Assembly (NCBI GenBank): GCA_002269645.1
Contig: NIVC01001563.1
Span: 1-64,000, forward strand
DNA from: Macrostomum lignano
Taxonomy: Eukaryota
Direction of reading: 5' to 3'
DNA length: 64,000 bases
Shown here: positions 48,401 through 58,915 of the stretch, in pieces
How the letters are laid out: every line of letters starts with the position of its first letter
Numbering within the stretch: the first letter of the stretch is position 1
Program-made: the position numbers and the translations under genes
Notes under the pieces: model-generated
The model's database searches: none
Seen by the model: the letters and a program-made list of their open reading frames with translations, nothing else
Told to the model about the DNA's origin: nothing

Positions 48401-51400
48401 TCTCGGGGTTAAGTTCTCCCGCTAGGATCTTGAAGGCGAATCCCGCTGGCTGGCGAGCTGCTGCCATTCTTCTTATTGTCCGCCCCAGCCAGCCTCCCCT
48501 CCCATAGGATGGAGGCTGGGAGCCAAGCGGAAGAGATTGAGCTGAACGCGGAGCCGATGATGGGACCGCGGACTCGCATTGGCCTCCCCACCCCCCTCCC
48601 CGGCCCAGTCGCTCGCGTAAACACATGCGCATACTACTCATATGGAACCGAGAGGAGATCACGCGAGATTGCAAGAGGGAGGGAGAGAGAGAGAGAGAGA
48701 GAGAGAGTTGAGTTGCTAAGCCATATTCGTACAGCAGATTTGGATGGATAGATTTTGTGTCTGGCCCTATAAAGCATTGCTGCCTTAGAAACACAAACCA
48801 AAATGAAAGTTTCTGCATGGCCAGATAAGCCATGATGCTGTTGCAGTCCTGGGACTAAAGCACTCTGTCTGTCTGACTGACTCCCGCGCACTTCATCATT
48901 ATGCTCATGCCACCGCTTGTTTACACTTTTTAAGCTGCCTTCTCTGGAGTCTGCATTGGTTCTTACTTAATCGACGTGGTGAAAAAATTCCAGCTGCTCA
49001 AGCTCAGGGGACACCATGTGACTATTAAATATTGATGATGGGTTGGCACCGCAGCTTCGCCCATCATCCCCTTTCTGCGAATCATGTTGGGGCTGCAACG
49101 CAATAGCAATTGCAGAATCGAAATTTCGGTTGAATGTTATTTTTAAAAATTATGCTCCAATGTTACGATTTTTCCTATTGCGAAAGTAATTTTCTATACA
49201 TATCGGACGCGAGTGGCCAACTTTTAGAATTTACAATCTAATAGATGGAGTGAAGAGACTGAAACGGCTAGTGCGAGCAGTTCATCTGGAAAAGTACATA
49301 TAGTCAATTTTTGCCCTGTTTTGCCTGGCAATGAATTTATTATTATTTTTATTACCCTCTATACCCACTTACACTGCCACTACACTACCGCTGTTGCCAG
49401 TGCCGTAAAAGCCGTGCGCACCGACCAGACGGCCCCATTAGTGCTGTGGTGCCTCTAAATGAACTCTGCCAGATTTTCTGAATTGCCCAAACCCCTCTTC
49501 TTCATCGATTTTTATGGCTAGAGATCTTTCGTTTATGTACTTGCTTCCGGCATTAGCTTATACATGTATATTATTAAAACTGATATTGGATGAACTGCAA
49601 TTCAAGGTCAAATTCGAGTGTACGAAATTTAACCCATTTTAACAGTAGAACTACATGTGGGGATTCGACCCCAGCCCAGCAGTTGATTTGCCCACTGTCG
49701 AGGCTTGATTAGTGAAACTCGAGAAATTCACATCAGGGTGTCCATAGTCACTTGGTGCCACCTGCTGAAGGTCCAGAACCTCCGCCTGGGTGAAGGCTAT
49801 AGTGACCAACGAAGTCAGAGCTGGTGCAGACACATGTGGTCGACGTGCTGGTGAAATTTGGAGGCTTGGCAAGGCTGCACTGAGGCGCAGTGCTGATTGG
49901 CGCACAGGCAAGCGATGTCTTAAGCCGTCAATCTTGTTTTCATTTTTGATGCCTCGTAGTTTGTATTTTCATTGGCTGTCCCCACTCGCCTGGGTTCAGT
50001 CCAATCATATCTCTAGCCGCGGAGGCCCCTGATTGGCTAGCCATTTTTGAGTTAGATGGCTCGACTCTCGCTTTCCAATTTCTTGCTCTCCCCCAAAGTT
50101 AGCGACAGTAGAGTGAAATAGTGAACTGATTCAAGTATTTGCTCGTTATTTTGTTTTCCTACCGTATAATCTTCCTCCACTAAATCCTCAGTCTTCACTC
50201 GGGTCTGAGAAGTGTCTGTACGCCTCCAGACCGGTGTTCACCTCTGTGTCGCTGCCGAGTGGCCTTGGCTAGCCTCATCATCCGCGCCTCCCTCTTGTCG
50301 TAGAGCTGCACGAGTGTTAGTACGCTCCCAGCCCATCCACTTCCGCCCCGGAGTGTCTGTAATGCACTCGGCAGGCCGGCCAGTAAACCGAACTCGCGAC
50401 CGCCCTGCCTGCGTCCGCAGGGACGGTAGCGGTAAATGCAACAACTATCGCCCCGCCCCATGGGTCGCTTCATAAGACTCTTTCTAACTGATTACTTGAC
50501 AAGCTTTGAGATCTGCTTCCGGTTAGAGACAATAAAAAAACTTTTTCTTTAAGTTAGTAAAGTTTCCGCTTAAAAAGTGGCCACCAAGAGGGGGTTTCTA
50601 GGAATTTAAATTAACTAACCGGAACTTAAATACCGGATCAAGAGTTTGCGGAGGGGCATCAGAGCGGTATGAGAGATGGAGATCAGCTTAGGGGGTATTC
50701 CAGCTTCCCAGTGCAGAGGAATGCATACTCACGCCCCGCCTATGGATCGAGTGAGAGAGAGGAGAGAGATGAAGGAGAGGCCAAGGGGAGGCTGGGCCGG
50801 CTCTCTGACGGACGATGATGAGGCTTGACTTTAATTTATCAAGCAATCCCGACAAGCAAGCGCCCCTATCAAAGCAGCAAGGCTGGCGTATGCGTGCCGG
50901 GGGACATGGGAAGCCACGCGTCAGACACGCAAGCTTAGAGTAGAAAGTACTTGAGGGAGAGAGTTTATGAGCTATTTAGCGCGGTGCATCAGTATTGCAT
51001 TCGCAACCGGAATTGCACCACACGGCTGGCTTAAATTCAATTTAAATAGACGAAGGAGTGAAAGCCCAAAAAAGCACTTTTATATAGAGTTCGTATGTAT
51101 GTATATATTGATAGAATTTTTCACCATGCCTACTGCCACTCAGAAGCGATTGTCAGTAGTATAAAACGAAAAGAAACAGTTAATATATTTATTCACAATT
51201 AGATAAAAAAGCAAGCCATAGCAGTTTGAATTGAGCGTGCATGAAAGACAGGTTGGGCTGAACAAGACATCAATTAAGTCAATCCAAGCCAATGTAAGTC
51301 AACGGGAAGCAAGCGTGCTGGAATAACGGTAAAAAGCTACATGTACACAATGTACTTTAAAACAGATAAAAAATTACTTGGTGAAGTGCGCACCTGCTGT

Positions 51401-51424
51401 TTGTTTTGAATTCATTTAAGCGTT

Positions 51425-54400
51425 TTAAGCAACGCCGAAATGAACCGATTTCGGGCGTCGGCCGGCATTCAATCGGCTGCGTTCGATTTCGCCAAAGGCT
51501 CGAATTCTACGGAATAGCCAATAGCCGGCGCAGAGCAGCAGGCACAGGACGTACAGGCCGAGCCAGTAGAACCTGCGGCAGTGCGGATTTGCGTTCAAGG
51601 TGACTTCATAGCTTGGGCATGAAAAAATAACATTATAGCTAGTATTTAAGGTGTGTCTCAGTTCCAGGTGTGGCTGAGCTCAGGGTGTGCCCCAGTTCCA
51701 GGTGTGGCTGAGCTCAGGGTGTGTCCCAGTTCCAGGTGTGGCTGAGCTCAGGGTGTGTCCCAGTTCCAGATGTGGCTGAGCTCAGGGTGTGTCCCAGTTC
51801 CAGGTGTGGCTGAGCTCAGGGTGTGTCCCAGTTCCAGGTGTGGCTGAGCTCAGGGTGTGTCCCAGTTCCAGATGTGGCTGAGCTCAGGGTGTGTCCCAGT
51901 TCCAGGTGTGGCTGAGCTCAGGGTGTGTCCCAGTTCCAGATGTGGCTGAGCTCAGGGTGTGTCCCAGTTCCAGGTGTGGCTGAGCTCAGGGTGTGTCCCA
52001 GTTCCAGGTGTGGCTGAGCACAGGGTGTGTTCCAGTTCCAGGTGTGGCTGAGCTCAGGGTGTGTCCCAGTTCCAGGTGTGGCTGAGCTCAGGGTGTGTCC
52101 CAGTTCCAGATGTGGCTGAGCTCAGGGTGTGTCCCAGTTCCAGGTGTGGCTGAGCTCAGGGTGTGTCCCAGTTCCAGGTGTGGCTGAGCTCAGGGTGTGT
52201 CCCAGTTCCAGGTGTGGCTGAGCTCAGGGTGTGTCCCAGTTCCAGGTGTGGCTGAGCTCAGGGTGTGTCCCAGTTCCAGGTGTGGCTGAGCTCAGGGTGT
52301 GTCCCAGTTCCAGGTGTGGCTGAGCTCAGGGTGTGCCCCAGTTCCAGATGTGGCTGAGCTCAGGGTGTGTCCCAGTTCCAGATGTGGCTGAGCTCAGGGT
52401 GTGTCCCAGTTCCAGGTGTGGCTGAGCTCAGGTTGTGCCCCAGTTCCAGGTGTGGCTGAGCTCAGGGTGTGTCCCAGTTCCAGGTGTGGCTGAGCACAGG
52501 GTGTGTTCCAGTTCCAGGTGTGGCTGAGCTCAGGGTGTGTCCCAGTTCCAGGTGTGGCTGAGCTCAGGGTGTGTTCCAGTTCCAGGTGTGGCTGAGCTCA
52601 GGGTGTGTCCCAGTTCCAGGTGTGGCTGAGCTCAGGGTGTGTCCCAGTTCCAGGTGTGGCTGAGCTCAGGGTGTGTCCCAGTTCCAGATGTGGCTGAGCT
52701 CAGGGTGTGTCCCAGTTCCAGGTGTGGCCAGGTGCGGCCATACCTGGACACCAGCCAGAGGCTAACACAGGTGTCTCACAGTGCATACCTGGACACCAGC
52801 CAGAGGCTAACACAGGTGTCTCCACAGTGCATACCTGGACACCAGCCAGAGGCTAACACAGGTGTCTCCACAGTGCATACCTGGACACGAGCCAGAGGCT
52901 AACACAGGTGTCTCACAGTGCATACCTGGACACCAGCCAGAGGCTAACACAGGTGTCTCACAGTGCATACCTGGACACCAGCCAGAGGCTAACACAGGTG
53001 TCTCCACAGTGCATACCTGGACACCAGCCAGAGGCTAACACAGGTGTCTCCACAGTGCATACCTGGACACCAGCCAGAGGCTAACACAGGTGTCTCCACA
53101 GTGCATACCTGGACACCAGCCAGAGGCTAACACAGGTGTCTCACAGTGCATACCTGGACACCAGCCAGAGGCTAACACAAGTGTCTCACAGTGCATACCT
53201 GGACACCAGCCAGAGGCTAACACAGGTGTCTCCACAGTGCATACCTGGACACCAGCCAGAGGCTAACACAGGTGTCTCCACAGTGCATACCTGGACACCA
53301 GCCAGAGGCTAACACAGGTGTCTCACAGTGCATACCTGGACACCAGCCAGAGGCTAACACAGGTGTCTCACAGTGCATACCTGGACACCAGCCAGAGGCT
53401 AACACAGGTGTCTCCACAGTGCATACCTGGACACCAGCCAGAGGCTAACACAGACGTCGCTCTCCCGCACGGCCAGGTAACCGTAGGCCACCTCCAGAGT
53501 GCCCATCCGGTAGGAGCAGGTGGGCGAGCCGATCTCGTACACTATGCCGTCAGTGAGGGTGAACTTTGCCGAATCGAGCGGCTCAGTGGCGTAGGGTCCC
53601 CCTCGCTTATCAGGATAGGGCGCCACAGTCTCGGCGCCGGCGGGTGACCAGCAGCCGTCGCAGCGCAGCGCAAAGGCCCGATGCCTGTGACCGGTGATGA
53701 CCAGGTGAGGCCGGAGCAGGCGCAACAGGTGTCTAAACTGGGTTGGCCGCTGGGTAAGCAAATTGGCGTGATTGGATAGGATGCGAAATCCGACCGATCC
53801 GGTCTCCGGTGTGTCTGCAATTAGCACCGGTTTATACTACTTAGTAAGTAGCTTAAAATACTCCGCATTTGATTCAATATTAGTCAGTTGGCTGCCGTGC
53901 GATTCACGCTCTCATGAGGGCACAGAGAGTGTACATGCCTGACGATTAGAAAGTCAGGGCTGATGTACACCCTGTGTGAGCGTGTGTATGACAGCTTGCT
54001 AATTGGTTCAGCAATAATGTACATTAGCCAGTCCACTAAAATGTACATGGCAGCTTTAGGCTGGAATTCCGAGAGAGGCAATAAAAATTGGGTGGGGCCG
54101 GGGGAGTGTGGAAAGGCGCGGTTGGAGGCTTTAAGCTGGGGGTTAAGAGCCAATAAATGAGGCAATGAGCGTTAGCTTTAAAAATACATTAAAATGCTTC
54201 AGTTTAACTTACTACTGAGCTGAAAGTAGTTTGCACGCAAATGTGCTGAGTGGCCCATCTAGTTATTCTAGTATGTGTGGTTAGTAGGAAAATGCCATCG
54301 ATAGCACCACGACCCTCTCTGCGAATATTTCTATCAAACTTTTAAATCTTTCTGAAATTGATCTCTGCCAGGCGGCTTACTGGGCGCCAGGTGCGCGTAG

Positions 54401-55834
54401 GCGGACGCAACGTGGCGTTCGATCTCCCGCTGGCTGCCAAACGCATCGGCGTAGAAGCGCAGCCACAGCAGCCGCATGGACTGGCCGGCCTTGGCCGAGC
54501 CCTCCAGCCGGCCGAACTGTCTCTCGTAGTCGGCCACCCGGCCGGAGCTGACTGGCTCGGCCTCGCCGCCAACGTCATTGTCGCCAGCCAGGATGAGGCG
54601 GCGGCGCTTCGGCCAGAGGAACAGGCCGCGGAATCTGGCCGTGTAGTCGGACAGGGCGGCCGGCGGCGCGGACAGGCCTTCGTCGATGAGGTCGCCAGGA
54701 AACAGCAGAGTGGAAGGCTTGGCGGCGCTCAGTGCGGCGGAGTAGCCTTTGTAGAGGAACCTGCGACGGGCCATGGATTAATAAATTCTATATTTATGGA
54801 CCTGAGATAAGGGATCAAAGCCTCCACACCAGTTTACCTGTCCGCGTCCCATCTGGTCAGCCAGCCGAGCACTTGGCTCTCGTCCCGGTAGCCCTGAATT
54901 TGCGGATCCGACGCAATCAGAAAGGTGACGTCTCCCTCAGGTGGGCCACTGAAGATTGAAATTAAATATTTAGTACTAGCGATAAAAATAGACATACTTT
55001 TAATTGTTCATATTGGTAGCAAGTAGAGAAAGTAAAAGTAAAAAGTACAGAAGGGCAATTAAGGTGGGCTATATGTACAGAAGGACAATTAAGGTGGGCT
55101 AGGTACAGAAGGGCAATTAAGGTGGGCTATATGTACAGAAGAACAATTAAGGTGGGCTATAGGTACAGAAGGGCAATTAAGGTGGGCTATATGTACAGAA
55201 GGGCAATTAAGTTGGGCTAGGTACACAGAAGGGCAATTAAGGTGGGCTATAGGTACAGAAGGGCAATTAAGGTGGGCTATATGTACAGAAGGGCAATTAA
55301 GGTGGGCTAGGTACACAGAAGGGCAATTAAGGTGGGCTAGGTACACAGAAGGGCAATTAAGGTGGGCTAGGTACACAGAAGGGCAATTAAGGTGGGCCAG
55401 GTACATAGAAGGGCAATTAAGGTGGGCTAGGTACACAGAAGGGCAATTAAGGCGGGCTAGGTAAGGAATATATAGAAATGCAAGGAATTTCAGACACAGT
55501 TAAGTTGTAAAACTCTTTTACTACTTAATGAACAGTAGCGTAACAGCACAAATATTGACATAACGATAAAGTGCGACCCTAACATCTCAATAAGAAAATG
55601 TTACCTAATTTTACATATCGATAGTCCAATTTATACGAGCTTCAACACAAGTGAAGCCGTCATTTGATAATCTTTTGAATGGAACAGCACTCACCAAATG
55701 CTGGAAATTTTCCACCACCAAGCCCAGGAATAGTAATAGTATATAATTAGCTCGTTGAAGAGAACTGCAGCAAAAATAATTTTCAATTCCATCGGCCGGC
55801 TGGCCAGCCAGGGCCGCAGTTTGGACAATTTCAT
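51425..55834 (-). CDS. MPPE1: MPPE1/PGAP5/Cdc1-like calcineurin-like metallophosphoesterase with N- and C-terminal transmembrane segments
   Basis: Exons on the minus strand: 55695-55834, 54838-54948, 54381-54760, 53427-53814, 51425-51572, all phase-compatible. Motifs: FNELIIY, ASDPQIQG, WDADRFL, GDLIDEG, GDNDVGGE, LSNH, GHRH, PTCSYRMG, LWLVSRFYWLGLY + hydrophobic tail. Confidence 0.87.
51650..52730. repeat. 34-bp minisatellite (gtggctgagctcagggtgtgtcccagttccaggt), ~31 copies
   Basis: Direct periodicity in the last MPPE1-like intron. Confidence 0.97.
52741..53455 (-). repeat. 45/46-bp minisatellite, 16 copies, each containing the exon end and 5' splice site
   Basis: The minus-strand unit is (c)tgtgttagcctctggctggtgtccag|gtatgcactgt(g)gagacac. 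The first copy forms the last codons of exon 53427-53814. Confidence 0.93.
53991..54274 (-). mobile_element. Dispersed repeat copy B (partial, inverted relative to 24151-24428), inside an MPPE1-like intron
   Basis: Shared blocks include ctgagtggcccatctagttattctagtat, ctgagctgaaagtag, aggctggaattcc and cagcttgctaattggttcagcaataatgtacatt. Confidence 0.8.
55048..55462. repeat. 30-bp minisatellite (gaagggcaattaaggtgggctaggtacaca), ~13 copies
   Basis: Direct periodicity in MPPE1-like intron 1. Confidence 0.95.
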
Positions 55835-55929
55835 TGCGGCGTCAGCAGCTGGCAATAGCAAATCTGGTGGTAATAAATTACAGCTGCCAGTTGATGGGAT
55901 AAGAAGGAATGATGCAATGCATCCAGCTA

Positions 55930-57263
55930 CGAGGTGTATTCAAAAAGCTCTTTTCGTTTATTTTATCATTTATTTTTAGAAAGCTTTGTAAACAGAATTT
56001 TAGCGATTTGACCAAGTTATGACCTAAGCGTTCCTAGGGTTTTAAGCCTCAGTTTTCAACTATGTTTGAGCAGTGAACATTTTTATCAGCTACCACTCAA
56101 TTTCTTGGCCATGGCTGAATCATTTTCAAAGTAAGACATTCAAAGCTTGATGAAGTTTCCGTTTCTGCAAGGAAAAAAGCCACCGGATATGTTTAGGGAG
56201 CTTCAGCAAGTGCTTGGCAACTGTGCACCAACTGAGCAGACATTTCGAAAATGGTACCGGCTGTTCGCTGAGGGAAGAGAGAGCGTTGGGGACAATGATC
56301 GCTCTGGAAGGCCGATGACTGCAACCTATGAGACTGTTGTGAAGAAAGTACAAGAGCTCCTGGATGATGATCGGCTACGGACTTGCGAAGAGTTGGGAGA
56401 AGACGTTGGTGTGTCAGCAGGAAGCGTCCACACAATTCTGACTGAGCGTCTTCACCTGCAGAAAAAGTTTTGCAAGTGGGTGCCACACCTGCTGACAGGT
56501 GAGCAAAAGATGCAGTGAACTCTGGCTTCAAGCAGCCACCTGTGTCGGTTCCATCGAGAAGGGGAGGATTTTCTATCGAGAATTGTTGCTGGAGACGAGA
56601 CGTGGGTTTACAGCTGGGATCCTGAGACAAAGGCCCAGTCTGCCGAATGGCTTCCAGCACATTCTCCAGGACCTCAGGCCATCAGGAAGCAGGGTGCGCT
56701 GAAGATCATGCACGTCATGCTTTTTGATTCCCAAGGAATCCTGCTGAACTGGGCAGTCCCACAAGGAACCAACGTCAATGGGGACTACTACAAGTGGATT
56801 CTGCAGGAGTTGCGCCCAGCAATACGAAAGAAGCGCCCCTGGTCTGCTGGAATCAGGCGTGATCCTGCTGCACGACAATGCGCCAGCACATCGCAAGCAC
56901 AACATTGTGGAACTCCTGAGCAAATGGGGCTGGGAAGTGCTCCAACATCCCTCTTAGTCGCCTGATTTGTCGACGTGCGATTTTTTCTTATTTCCATTTG
57001 TGAAGAGGCACCTTCGGGGCATTCGATTCGACAGCGTCGAGCACACCGAAGCTGCTTGCAGTCAATCTGTTTGCCAAACGGACGCGAGTGGTTTGAGTTC
57101 CAGATTAACAGAGGTCTGGTCCATCGCTGGCAGAAGTGCAAAGACATTGGCGGTGAATATATTGAGTGACAGAATCATGTTAAACAATCTGTGTTTTCAT
57201 GGTTCCAGTTGTTTTGTGTTCAGTTTTGTATGGCACCGAAAAGAACTTTTTGAAAACACCTCG
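55930..57263 (+). mobile_element. Full-length but inactivated mariner (DD34D) DNA transposon, 1334 bp
   Basis: TA|cgaggtgtattcaaaagctcttttcg ... cgaaaagaactttttgaaaacacctcg|TA. The transposase shows HTH, WVPHLL, GDETWV, LHDNAPAH and (Y->stop)SPDLSTCDF, with 34 residues between the 2nd and 3rd Asp. It has in-frame stops at ~56516 and ~56955 and a frameshift near 56855. Confidence 0.96.
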
Positions 57264-57289
57264 TATTTTGAATGCTAATGGGGAAAGCT

Positions 57290-57590
57290 AAAAAACTGAT
57301 GGGGAGCTAAGAGGCTAATGAGCAGAGCTAAGTGGCTGATGGGATCGGGAAGAGCTAAGTGGCTAATGGGGAGAGCTAAGTGGCTGATGGGGTCGGGAAG
57401 AGCTAAGTGGCTAATGGGAGAGCTAAGTGGCTGATGGGGTCGGGAAGAGCTATGTGGCTAATGGGAGAGCTAAGTGGCTGATGGGAGAGCTAAGTGGCTA
57501 ATGGGAGAGCTAGGTAGCTAATGGGGAGAGCTAAGCAGCTAATAGGGAAAGCTAAGTGGCTAAATGGGGAGAGCTAAGTGGCTGATAGGG
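57290..57590. repeat. ~21-bp minisatellite (gagagctaagtggctaatggg)
   Basis: Direct periodicity beginning just after the right mariner TIR. Confidence 0.9.
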
Positions 57591-57929
57591 GTAGTAACTA
57601 AAATCGCAATAATTGACTGCAGAGATCTATCCACCTATAAGTTAATTATAAAAAATAAGCCAACATTAGACACTTTGCAATAGTTTTCTTGAACAAAGAA
57701 ACGAAATTCAACTTTAAAATAAATGCAATATATTTATGAACTAACGAGGCCAACTCCTACGTTGGCGGAGTAAGGGGATAGAACTCCCATCGCCAGAATT
57801 TCATTCCCTGAATACAATGACACGAATCCCATTGTCCAAATCCTCTCCAAATCCTCTATTAAGCTCCCAAAAACCATGTTGTTTTACCTGTTTGCAAAAA
57901 TTGACTGCCTGCCATCGTCCAGACTGAGA

Positions 57930-58330
57930 ATCTCGTCTGTCTCCTCTCTCCTCTTTGCTCTCATCTCCTCGCTTATCTATCATTTCTCAGCTCATCTCTA
58001 CTCTCTTATCTCTCCTCTCTGCGCTCTCATATCTACGATCTCTTCTTTCTCGTCACTACTTTCTCCTCTCTCCTCTTTTATCTCTCCTCTCTCCTCTCCT
58101 TTATCTCCTCTCTGCTCTCTAATCTCTCTACTTTCTCCCCTCTCCTCTCTCCCTTATCCTCTCGCTTCTCTCTCCTCTCTCTCACCTCATTGCTACTCAT
58201 TTATCTTTTCTCTCTAGTCTTTCGGCTCTACTCCCTCTGTCTCCTGTCTCCTCTCTTACCCCCTCTCCTCTCAATTCCCTCATCTCTTCTCTCGCCTTTA
58301 TTCTCTTTTTTTCTTTTCTCTAATCTGTCC
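57930..58330. repeat. CT-rich low-complexity tract
   Basis: Polypyrimidine composition. It explains ORFs 57876 and 58190. Confidence 0.85.
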
Positions 58331-58915
58331 CTTTTAATTCCCTCTTTTCATGTTCTCTTTCATCTAATCTTTTATCTACTCTTGCCTTTTCTCTATTCCC
58401 TTTCATTTAGCCATTTCATCTTCTCCATGAAACAGATATTATCAAAATCCTCTCAGTTAAACTGCAATCCAGCGTGTATCATCTCCTTCAAGCTACAATC
58501 CATCAATTTAAAAAATATTATCTCTATCAAATTTCAGTCAATCAAGACTATGAAACTGAAGTCTATAAAAATATGTTTTTTACTTGTCTGGGTATACGTC
58601 AGAGTCACAACAAGAGTCACAACAGTCGCCCCAGAGTCACCAGTGAGTTGTTTGCAATTACTCTTTTGTGATTACTGATTGACATTGTAAACTTTTCAAT
58701 GGTATGTCCACGCAACAAGAGTTACTCTTTAGGTAAGCGTCAGTATACCGGTAGGCATCGCAAATTCTGTAAAAATACATGCATATAGTTATAGATCAGC
58801 ATGCTCCGTTTAAACTACTTATCTAATCAGTAGCTTAAACGAATATTACTAAGCTTGAAAATTAACTAATAAACCAGGGAAACAACACCGAACAGTACTA
58901 TTATTATTAGTATTA

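Noticed and set aside
49651-50475. Short ORFs 49651..49911 and 50195..50473
   Set aside because: No recognisable domain and no convincing phase-compatible splice partners.
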